Positions 52,739-64,000 of a stretch of 64,000 bases of DNA are shown here, in pieces. Numbering within the stretch: the stretch's first letter is position 1; every line of letters starts with the position of its first letter. The stretch is from Balanoglossus misakiensis (taxonomy: Eukaryota; Animalia; Hemichordata). The stretch covers positions 12,228,909-12,292,908 of the forward strand of contig CM082580.2 in the NCBI GenBank assembly GCA_040954595.2, written 5' to 3'. The translations under genes were made by a program, and so were the position numbers. The notes beneath the pieces were generated by a model. It saw nothing but the letters and a program-made list of their open reading frames with translations, was not told where the DNA came from and ran no database searches.

Positions 52739-55292
52739 GCATGAAACTTCACACAAAATTACCTTTATAACTAATTCTCACGTTGTGAGACACACTGCAA
52801 CTTTACAACTCACTTGCATGAAAGATATAACCTTTACATATATATTTATTTTCAGTATGTTTTGTAGAAAAGGTAATTACTTCATTTGAAAAAAATAGAT
52901 TTAACAAAAAGTCTCAGAAAAACTTCTGACTTTTTTGGTCAAAATTAAAAACAGATCATTCAATGCTTTACCTGTGGGACAAACAGGAATTTTGAGTGCA
53001 TTCAACAAAACTTTTTTTTATGATCCAGTGATTTACAAACCATTACTTTTCTGTATAGAAATTATAATATCAGATACTAGATAGAGAGTATATGAGAAAA
53101 TATACCAGTCAATTTTAGCTTTACTCAAAGATACATTCACTTGAATGAGGATGTTTGCTTTCTCCCATTTTGCATGCGTTTGTACATCCTCATGATTGGT
53201 AATAGATCTGCAGAGTCAAACTGCAAGTGTGGATATTATGACACGCGTATAGTTCTGGATTGTTTTAAGATGATGTGGAAGCTGTCCATATTGAAATCAT
53301 TGTTATCAGAAAAGTACTGTATAATGATCATGATTTTTTTATGAAACTGTCCAAAATTCAGTTTGAACACAACTCATAACCAAAAATTTTGTATATGAAA
53401 ACATTTCTTTTTCGTTTTTTTGTTAATTATTTCAATTTGATTGCTTTTCTTTTTCCATTAATGGTATTTTTCGTATAAATGGTATCATTAGTATATTCAA
53501 TTTAGATTTCGTTTTTTGATAATCTTTTTATTTCAACAATATAGTTTCAAAATATTTAGTATACAATAATAAACAAATGAGTGACAATTGCAGTTTCATT
53601 TGAATGTGTCAATATTTTTATAATAACCACTGTCCCTCATAAATTTTAATAAGATTTCCAAGCTGCCAAAGTAAACAACTGATACAATATTTATTAAAAC
53701 ATTTTCTTTTTAAACGATGTATGCAGTTGTACATTTGAAGCAGTAGGCATTTATCCTGTACTCTTCTGAATCAATAAAAACAACTCATCATGTTATTAAA
53801 TTTTTGTAATGACAATAAAGATTTGCAAATAGCTTGCCAAGTATAAATGGAGAACTTTGCCACTCTCTGCAGTCGTGAAGAAAAAAGAAAAATTATATTT
53901 GTGAGACGTGCCAAATATCTGTGATGTTGTGATATTTGATGTAAATCTTAAAATATGCATGACCAATTGTATTTGATGTTTACTGAAATGTTCCTTTTTC
54001 CAACCCCATGTATATTAGATGTTTGCAAAGACACTGCCTTCTCTCTTTGTATGTCAACAAATATATTCCTCTCTCGTGGCCTTGTATGAGCTTATCACCG
54101 AACATTGACAAGTGAAATCATTGCTCTAGCTCCTTATTTGTTCAATGGAAAGATAATTAATAGATTTTCTTATATTTCCATTTTTTTCAATTCATTTCAC
54201 ATATTCTTTCTGTGCAAACTCTGCAATCTTAAAAAATGCACTGTCCAAGAAATGTGTAAACTGAAAAACAGGCACTCCTTCAATCAGACTGATCATGGTG
54301 TAGTAACAATCAAAACCACTTATTTACAACCATTTTCCGTAGCAAAATCAAAACACAAAACACCTATTACTTAGCAGAGCCTCCACCAGTCTTCCATTCG
54401 GAAATATTTACGGCACTTGATATTGGATTAGAAAGAGATAGCAAAAACAGTTTAAAGACACATACTATCTTTTGGCATAGCGATAAATATCTCCATTGTA
54501 TCAAATGGGAAAACACAAGTTGCAGTCCCTTGTGTCTGTTCAAAACTGTTGATTTAGGAAGTGTATTACTTAATCATTAGAAGTATCTGTCATCAACTCC
54601 ATGAAACTCATTCTGTACTATATTATGTACATTGTTATATCTATATATATAATCTATGGCAGTGTATGCTATTTGTAAACTGCTGAGGGCATTGCAGAGA
54701 ACAGCAGTTCAGAGCTCATTAATTCAAATTCAGACAATTTGGATAGTTTAAAATTTTCTCTAACTTGACATCATATGGTATATTTTTAAAAGAGTTTTTG
54801 CTGTCACTATACATAATGTAAATTTTTTCCTATTTTCTTTAAAGTATCGAATGCAAATTGTGGTCTTTTTGAGATTTGAAGAAATTATTTGACTTGATTT
54901 TCTGTTCAGCCATTTGTCGTATCAGTGCTGTAGGGGTCCTCAGAGAAACTAGCAAATCCAAGCGTCTTTAATATTGTATGTAAAGTTAGTTTAATCTGAC
55001 CAGTGTGAAAAGTCATACGAGAAAACTTCCATTTACAAAAAGTGGAAACTTTGAATTTGCACCCCTTGTAATGATTAGGTTTGAATCCCTGACACCAATG
55101 TAAAATTACTGCAATGATGAGTGCATATATGAATAAAAATTTTTTTAAAAAGTTCATCCTGGTCTTGACTTTAATGCTTGCAAATGCATATAGAAACCTT
55201 ATTGTGCATTTCTTGATACCGCTTGTAATCAAGTATTAAGGTGACATTGATGAAAAGTGATTTTTGCCAAATTTTACTTTTTACAAACTCCG

Positions 55293-56293
55293 TCAGAAAC
55301 TGGTAAGAAAGATGCCAAAAACCGGCGAGAACGACGTCAGAAAGTGGCCACAAACCGGCGAGAACGACGTCAGAAACTGGCCACAAACCGGCGAGAACCA
55401 TGTCAGAAACTGGCCAGAAACCGGCGAGAACGACGTCAGAAACTGGCCAGAAACCGGCGAGAACGACGTCAGAAACTGGCCAGAAACCGGCGAGAACCAT
55501 GTCAGAAACTGGCCAGAAACCGGTGAGAACCATGTCAGAAACTGGCCAGAAACCGGCGAGAACCATGGCAGAAACTGGCCAGAAACCGGCGAGATGCATG
55601 TCAGAAACTGGCCAGAAACCGGCGAGAACCATGTCAGAAACTGGCCAGAAACCGGCGAGAACCATGTCAGAAACTGGCCAGAAACCGCCGAGAACCATGT
55701 CAGAAACTGGCCAGAAACCGCCGAGAACCATGTCAGAAACTGGCCAGAAACCGGCGAGAACCATGTCAGAAACTGGCCAGAAACCGGCGAGAACCATGTC
55801 AGAAACTGGCCAGAAACCGGCGAGAACCATGTCAGAAACTGGCCACAAACCGGCGAGAACCATGTCAGAAACTGGCCACAAACCGGCGAGAACCATGTCA
55901 GAAACTGGCCACAAACCGGCGAGAACCATGTCAGAAACTGGCCACAAACCGGCGAGAACCATGTCAGAAACTGGCCAGAAACCGGCGAGAACCATGTCAG
56001 AAACTGGCCAGAAACCGGCGAGAACCATGTCAGAAACTGGCCAGAAACCGGCGAGAACCATGGCAGAAACTGGCCAGAAACCGCCGAGAACCATGTCAGA
56101 AACTGGCCAGAAACCGCCGAGAACCATGTCAGAAACTGGCCAGAAACCGCCGAGAACCATGTCAGAAACTGGCCAGAAACCGCCGAGAAACTGGCCAGAA
56201 ACCGCCGAGAACCATGTCAGAAACTGGCCAGAAACCGGCGAGAACCATGTCAGAAACTGGCCAGAAACCGCCGAGAACCATGTCAGAAACTGG
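55293..56293. repeat. 30-bp minisatellite, about 33 copies, between the convergent RAPH1-like and UBR3 3' ends
   Basis: Consensus GTCAGAAACTGGCCAGAAACCGGCGAGAACCAT, read as a 30-mer period. Variants occur in blocks (CCACA, CCGCC, ACGAC). One unit near 56187 is truncated. Confidence 0.95.
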
Positions 56294-56334
56294 CAATTGT
56301 GGACCCCGCCCTGGGGGAACGGCGCGGTGATAGT

Positions 56335-56582
56335 TTATTGGATTAAGCCGAGGGAAGATTACAAATCTCAAAAACATACTAACGTACTCACGCGCAAAGA
56401 TGATCGGTATTAAATAAGCCACTCCCAGGTTATACTAGTATATTTTTTTGATAAAATTTTATGTGAATAAGGATCGGAAGATTACAGATCTCAAAAACAT
56501 ACTATGGTACGCACGCGAAAAGTTGATCGGTACTGATTAAACACTCCCAGCTTCTACTTGTATATTTTTTATTAAATTTTAT
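56335..56582. repeat. Diverged direct duplication, about 122-bp period (2 copies)
   Basis: GGAAGATTACAAATCTCAAAAACATACTA...CACTCCCAG...TATATTTTTT at about 56353 and GGAAGATTACAGATCTCAAAAACATACTA...CACTCCCAG...TATATTTTTT at about 56476. Confidence 0.8.
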
Positions 56583-58720
56583 TGCAGTAAGGGAAAAGAG
56601 AAAAGGTGTCTATATTTCTTACTTATTAAATTTTGTTTGAATTCTGCATAATGAAAATAGACTTGGTTGATACTGGGGCTTTTTAATGTCGATATCGCTT
56701 ACTTGTACATCATGCTTGAAACCTCATAGCATCCACGTGGAATGTACAAACACTAGCCTCGCACACTTGCAGCTGCTTGACAGGGTTGACTAATTGGTCA
56801 AATGTTCACTTGGTTCCGTTCTCCACTTGCTGCAGGAATCTGTGACAAATAATAAAAGAAGTCAATGAAAACACAAGTGATAAACCTATCCGCTGAATGC
56901 CCAGTGAAAATACAATGTAGGCTGCTCGCAAAGTACAATGTACGAGATTTATAAGTAAATAAAAACTAAATCGGTGTCTAGACTGTCTGGATTCTAGACT
57001 ATCCGTAACTCACCACAATTTAACCTATAGGTCTAGTTAATAACTGAGTAATTATGTCTACTTCTGTTTCTTTACTTACCGCGGCTTTTACGGCAAAATA
57101 AACAGCGGAGAAATTCTCCGCATCCGCATCTAAACTCGTGCAACGTGCAGCAACGTGGTCGTCTCTTACGAATATTCCCGGATGGTAGACAGAAATTTCC
57201 ATGTCCAGGTGGTCCAGGTGACTTGAACCAATCAGCAACGAGATTGGTTTTATTCTTCGAAACTTTATAAAAAGGATTGCTCTGGCGTCTCAAGTCAAGC
57301 GGCCCGCATCAAAAGTGTTGTTACAAAGCTGTCAAAATGTCATATTGGTTTTATTTGTATTTTGCCAGACGGTGTTGGGGCAACAGACCTTGGTCAAGAA
57401 AAGATTTGGTCCAGACATACCATTGCCAATAACTGACACCAGAGGGCGTAATGATAAATAAAAGAACTGCTGAGCATGTCTTGCTTTATTTACTAGATAC
57501 TATTTCTACACAACACTCTGTAAAAACCAAACAGTGCGAATATGTACAGAATTTACAAAGAAAATCACTGCTCTCCATCAAAATGAATACACTAAGTAAT
57601 GTACAATATACTCAGGCTAAAATCTACATAAGTTCAATGCAGTCAGATATTACACAACATTACATGTGTGGTGTATTATGCTACGAAAAAAGTGGGATGG
57701 TTATAAACTAGAGAACAAAAGTCAAAATCTTGTACTATGAAAATACTGCATATACGTTTATTTGCAGACTTGCCTTTGTTATGTGATGCAAACATTGGAA
57801 TTTTCACCTAGAATCTATTCTAGCATAAAAGAGGGTCCATCAAAAAAAAAAGACAGTAAAATCCTGTATAAACAAAGATTATATCAATTATGCTTTGTAC
57901 CTGATTGAAGGAGAAATGAATATTCCTTTGATAGCACACCTGTGAAACAAAAATTTGAACAGGGTACAGAAATCATCCATGTAATGTAACGCCTTGGCAG
58001 GTGAGAGCCAGTGCCATTTACAAAATTAATACTCAAGGTATTCAGTTTTACATCTCCCAAAGTTAACAGCATCTTGTCTTATCTTGCCTACAATGTATAC
58101 GTCTTTCAGCTTTCTGAGAAATTGAATGAAATTGTCACATTCATTGCACACCTGTATATTATAAACACCAGGGGTATAAGCAACTTAAACCAGTTCTACA
58201 AGTTGTAATTAAAAAGTGATATCTGACTCCACCGGAGCACACAAAAAATGTCAAATGAAGTTAGCAATCGTCACCATTCCACTGTTTTAATATACAAATT
58301 ATGGTTACATTATAATATTGTATCATTTTCTCCACCTGGACATGTCTGTACATCATTGCTTCACACACCCCGCAATCGCTCATACCTCCACGTGATCTAG
58401 CCGTAAACGAATTGACTGTGGAGACACTCTTTCATATCTGCTCAAGAGTAGAGGGTATCTGTCCACCTACACTGTATAGACTCTTCCATCACAAGACAAG
58501 AAACATACTTTCTTGAATCAATGGATATTTACAATGTACATGTAATTGCCTTCAAAATCTTATATGTTTGACGAGTACAACTGACAACGTCACAATTTTT
58601 TTTCAACAAAAAAAGTACAACTACTTCATTTGATTATAATAAGCAAAACTTATAGCCCTTGCAAAGTAAACCGTGATAATCATTTTCGGCGCTTCGAGGT
58701 GCATGTATTCATACATGTAT

Positions 58721-61700
58721 TTAGAATCTATTATTTTGCCACATCCATCGTTTACAGGCATGATCAATAGCCAAGGTCTTCCACAGTTGTTCCAGAACTT
58801 GAAATCTCTCTCTGCTCAGGAACAGCGGCTTTCCCCTCCTGTGCATGTGGAAGGAAAAAGACAGACATAATTTTTGGTTATTTTAGTTTCATTTATAATT
58901 TATTTATGTCTATCTGTTGAAATACACGTTTCTGTTGGGTAGTTGGGCTTTTGTAAACATGGTTTCAGATCTGCATTTCATATTACCTGAGGTCACGATC
59001 TTCTTCGCCGTGGCTGTCCAGGTAGAGTGACCCCCAAAGACACGCCCTTTGACCTCTGACAATGAAGACCGTGGTGGAGTTGACGCCAAGATACAGAGCA
59101 GTGCCAGCACCACAGTTGATAGCATGCTGAAAATAGCAGGAAAATAGTTATATGAAATGTGGAACTTCTGTGTGTAACTAACAATGTTGTCATATCTGTA
59201 AGATTCACACTTGCTGAAAAAACGTCTTCAAAAATTGCACATTCTGAACAGGAGAACAGAAATATCAGCGAAAGTACCTGCATGGACTCCAGCTGACTCT
59301 GCTGTTTGCAACAGTCCTTATAGAAGCACACCATGGTGCCACACACCAGGCAGACGGCCGGCTCTTTGGGAACTTGGCAACACACATGACACTGCCTCTT
59401 TCTGTAATACTCAAAAATCCTGTCGTAGTTCTGTGGAAGCTCCAGCAATCTCGGCGCGTAAAAAATAGGGTTGTACAACAGCAGATTCTGCAAAACAAGA
59501 GGAGTGTACATGTAGTTGGACTTTGATGACAAGATTACAAATCTTTTCTGTAGTCCCCCAGTGGACATGAATTTTTGAGGGGGAATTAAAGGGGAATAAA
59601 ATCAAGAACACCTGGATCAGCCAACTCGGGAACCAGCACAAATTTTCTGAATCCCAATCACTGCCTACTCTCCCTAACCTGCCTCAAATGACACAACTGA
59701 AAACGATCAGAGAAATATCAGTTCTTACCTTTCCCGTCTGCTGCTGTTTCTTGACAAACCTGGCCAGCTCTTCACACCAGACTTTGATGACAGATTTGGG
59801 GTCGCCGTGGGCGAACTGCACACACCTGAGACTGTACACCATCCGACTCTTTGCGTGTGGATCGGTTGGCAACTCTCTGCATGGCAGGCCCAGGTAATTC
59901 ACCAAAACTTCAAATTCCAAGTCGACGTTCTGCAGAAGGAAGAATCATTGTGCTTAACAATATAACACACAGGTTCGTACTGTATGGATAAACTCAGCAT
60001 TTTGTTTGTCTCAGGTAAAAGTATATAGGGAAAAAAATGACTCACTTGGCATGGCGGCAGATCATCTTTGAACATGTGATGTTGTAACAACGCCGCGATT
60101 CTCAGGAAGGGAAGACAGTGCTGTTGAATGGCATTTTCTACACTTTGAGGTGACCACACTGATTGACAGATCTGGAAGAAAACAGTGACAGAACAAAGAT
60201 TACTTGATTTGTTTATGAAAATGTTAACATTGAGGGGATTTTCCTGGGTGGTATGACAACCCCCCCTCCTCCAAAAAGATAACTTTATTTGTACTTACAG
60301 CAATACCAGGAAGCATATCCGCATCGAGATACAACCAACTTGGTGAGAGGGAGCTGATGACATAACTCATCAATCCCTCTAATGTCATGCCATGTGTCTG
60401 AAAAAAAGAGAACAGAAAATAAAGTGATCTGTGTTTTCAGCCAGTCCCTCTAACACCCTGGTAGGACTTATTATGATTGGGCTTTTTTTATTAATGACCG
60501 GAACAACAAAGCCTGGTCTTTGAACTACTGTATTATGTGGCTTTTAAAAAATATGTCTATGCATGCAGCTTTCAAGAATGTCAAATTCATGTGGACATTC
60601 AATCTGACTGACAGATGGAGGGATTGGATCCTTTGCTTTGTATAAACCACCAAGACTTGCAGTATTGCATACACACCTCCGCTCTCCATCGACTGCCATT
60701 TTCTTGCCAGGCTATTCTTTCTCCCTCTGGAAACCGACAGCTGATGATGGCCAGGGCTTGTACGTACAACAGCGAATACAGGGACTTGACAATACACACA
60801 TAATGTTCTGATGTTAAGAAGAGATAATAGGACAGCACTGTTAACACTACACATGTATTTATGTTCTGTTGGGACTACACTGAAATTTCTTCTCAACATA
60901 ATTACATTCAAAATCTAAAATGTCACTCAGAATCCTCAGGGCATCAGTATTGTAACAGGCTGACATAGAGGGCGCACTACAGCACTCATCATGGTGGATG
61001 AACTTGACACTGACCTTTGGAAAGTGGCTGAGGTAGTGACAGAACAAACTGCAACAACATTGAAGTGGCGTCGTGATACATTAAAGGCACTTCTTTCTTG
61101 TCAACCATCACACTGCAACGAACACAAATGGATGATTATAACTGACAGAGATACTGACACAGAACGAAGAAAACTATGAAATGAGCATCAAAAGTTACAG
61201 CTGCTGCCCCTTTATAATCCTTTCACCACAATGGTTTGATCCAAATCAATTGTTTTCTATGGTAAAGCTGGATGTGTACAGTGGGAAATGGGGGTGAAAG
61301 GGTTGAATTTTGGCTGTCCGCTACAAACTACAACACACTGGATGATTACTGGAAATGTATGAATACCTTTTCTTGTCTTTGCTGCCATATATCTGTGTCA
61401 GCCGTGACCATCTTGGCAGCAGGGGTAACTTGACAACTATTCTGCAGTGCATACCAAGTACATCAAGCAAGGCTCCTGAAATAAAAAATAAAATTGTTCA
61501 CCAAACTGTGAGTGAGAATTTATATACAAATGTACATGTAAATTATGAATGTACAAACAAGTTCAGTTGGACAACTAAAAGCACTAAAATCAATTTTTCA
61601 TTATTATGCAGCTCAAACTTACCAATGCAAGATCTCTTCTGTGATGTACCCGACGACGACACTAAATTACCACCTCTTCTCACAAGCTCAAGTTCAAGAT

Positions 61701-64000
61701 TTGTCCTAAAAACGAATTAAAAAGAGATTGCGTTTAGTGTAACTGGGCATTTCTGAAATGGAGTGCACTTAACCCCTTCTGCTATCATGGTTTGTAAATT
61801 CCGATTCTATTGTTCTTATGGTAAAGTTGTATATTACCTTGCCACGGAATAGATAAATAGGAAGAGGTTTTCCGGACACTGGGTCTTGCAGTAGTGAGTG
61901 AACTTGGGATAGGTGGCATTTGTGATGTCTTCCATAATGCTCCCCATGGCACCAGTCAAAGCAGACGAACTCTGAAAAAAAAACACCATTGTAATTATTA
62001 TGGGGAAAGAACACTAAATGAAGCTTAGAATCAACTACTCAACCCACCACGCAATCAATGAATCAGTCAACCAACTTACATGTACAAGGCAATAACCCAC
62101 CACAACTAAACAATACATGTACTTACTGGTATCGTTTGGGATTTACCCATGATAGATGCCAACTGCTTGGCTGCTGATGACATACTGCTTTCCGTGGCAA
62201 CCAGAGCCTGAGGCCCCGCCCCTGACTGTGGTGTGCATGGTAACACTGCATTGGACAGTTGTCGACATAACGGACATGTGAATTCTCCCCGGTCAACTGC
62301 TAGGTTTTGTGTCATATGAATCTGTTCTGTCTGCAAGAAAAAAACAAACAAAGAAATTTACAGTCAACATTAGTTTGCACATCTCATCCACAAGTCAGAA
62401 AATTTCTCACGAATCTTTCAGCTCAGGTGGAGATGTCATTTACTGTATATTCACAAACTTGCTTCTCAATTTCTTGAATGGTGGGGTCCAGTTAACCAAA
62501 GGCAAAATAAATTGATCGCATGGACGACTTACCCGAAGTGACTGTAGATAGGACTTATGACACTGTAAATGAAGATAGTGACCACAGGTCTGGGCGTGTA
62601 CTCCTCCTTCCCAACCAATACTCACTGCTTGCAAACAGGATGCCTGTAAGACAGAGGTCAACAGAAACAAACACGCACTGAATAAGGTATAATTGTTTTT
62701 CAGTAAAATACAAGACATCTCAGAGGGATAAAATTTTCACAGAGATACCTTCACAGAAAGCCATCACTGCCAATATTTCTAGATGGTGCAACCACTGATA
62801 CTCACATCATCAAAATACTTCTGTAATGTGCTGAGTCTGACATCATGTACAGCACTGCAAAGATTGCCCTGGTACAATGTCATGCCGTCACTAACCGGCA
62901 ATTGACAGCAAGCCGGGTTCTGCGACCTATGACCTAACACTGGAATCAAACAAACACAGGAAATCTTGAAATCAGTACCATGAAATGCAAACTGCTCAAA
63001 AACCCTCAACTGATTTTAAACTAAAGTGCATAAAAGACCAATCATCAGCATTGACACTCACCACTTGTGGCTTGTAATAGGACGACCATACCCATTGGAC
63101 TGTGTTCAGTTGACGGCGAACTCTGCCCACAAATGACACAATCATACTCTTCCGCTGACGCCTGGGCTTCAACTTTGACCTTTGACTCTTCTTCTGAGCC
63201 TGCACTGTCATCCATTACTGCAATAAAATACAGAAGTCAGTCTTTATGAGATACAACCCATGTTGCACAATCTGTCTTTCTATTTCCAAGATTAGAACAC
63301 AAGCAAACATTGGCCACAGTGAAGTAGTAGGTGATCACATCTAAGTAAGTTACAAGGGTTTCACATACTCACCATCAGATTCCAAGGCCTGCTCCATGAA
63401 TTTCTTCTGTCTCGACGCAAACTGAGCCAATAACTTTTGCTGTCTTTCGCGGGCTTTTCTCCTCCTACATGAGACAAGAAGCAAGTTAATGTGACTTTCC
63501 ATCTAACAAGACCGACAACGCCAGGCCAACACTGGACAAAAACGCCAAAAGGCAAGAATCTCTGAGGGTATTTTTACCTTTCACTTATTGAGTCTTGCTC
63601 ACCACCATCACTGCCATCTGGAGTGTCACTGACATGACAGATCTCTTCCAAGAGTCTGTTTGCTTCCGAGCTCAGTCGGGCTACCTTATCAAGAAAGAGT
63701 TTGATATAGTACGGCCCGTCTCCCACCCTCACCCCGCTCACTCTGTAGTCCTTCTTTGCTTTTGACGGCGGTTTGTAAGAGTTCTCCTTGCCCGAGAGTC
63801 TGCAGTATAATTTGACGAGCAGACTGAGAATGCTTTCGTTCACTTGTATGACCTCTGTTGAACTTGAGGCACTGCTGGGGGTGGGCGTTGTCTGGGACAA
63901 CTTGGGTATGGCACCCGCTCCCGCACTGGAAGCTGAATACTGAGTGGGCGTTGGTGCCGGGGCCTGCATAGTTGTGGGTGCGTGGGTGGTCGTCGATGAC
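58721..64000 (-). CDS. UBR3: E3 ubiquitin-protein ligase UBR3, 3' portion (RING-H2 and C-terminal domain); 5' part is beyond the window end
   Basis: Exons: 63578->64000, 63373-63464, 63062-63217, 62806-62939, 62533-62643, 62127-62330, 61838-61971, 61623-61705, 61367-61475, 61015-61112, 60677-60807, 60299-60397, 60046-60171, 59729-59929, 59278-59487, 58987-59126, 58721-58838. Motifs: [135 protein letters not shown]. Stop TAA at 58721-58723. Confidence 0.95.

Noticed and set aside
55171-56413. 329-360-aa repeat ORFs as proteins, or the array as a CRISPR locus
   Set aside because: The units are contiguous with no spacers and no cas genes. The ORFs are artefacts of a stop-free 30-mer. A truncated unit near 56187 shifts the frame, which argues against coding constraint.

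Overview
Intron-rich animal genomic DNA, probably a marine invertebrate such as a non-vertebrate deuterostome (inferred from gene and repeat content, not shown). Four spliced genes were assembled by hand from GT-AG junctions and codon phase. Two are tandem minus-strand paralogs encoding divergent GABA-B-receptor-like class C GPCRs with matching exon architecture (66-8768, 3' end outside the window; 11063-22719, complete, 17 exons, 803 aa). The third is a plus-strand MRL-family adaptor (lamellipodin/RAPH1-like, coding 39400-52738), and the fourth is the 3' part of a convergent UBR3 E3 ligase (58721 to >64000). The most unusual non-coding structure is a 2.9-kb foldback DNA transposon (25369-28290) with TATGG...CCATA ends, a 6-bp TSD (IS3EU signature) and long inverted arms carrying 21-bp minisatellites, with a Helentron/DINE-1-like element nested inside. 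Other repeats are a HINE-in-HINE nest in a GPCR intron, a TTAA-flanked MITE and a 30-bp minisatellite between the convergent genes. Most short ORFs in the supplied track are spurious. No CRISPR, rRNA or convincing tRNA was seen.
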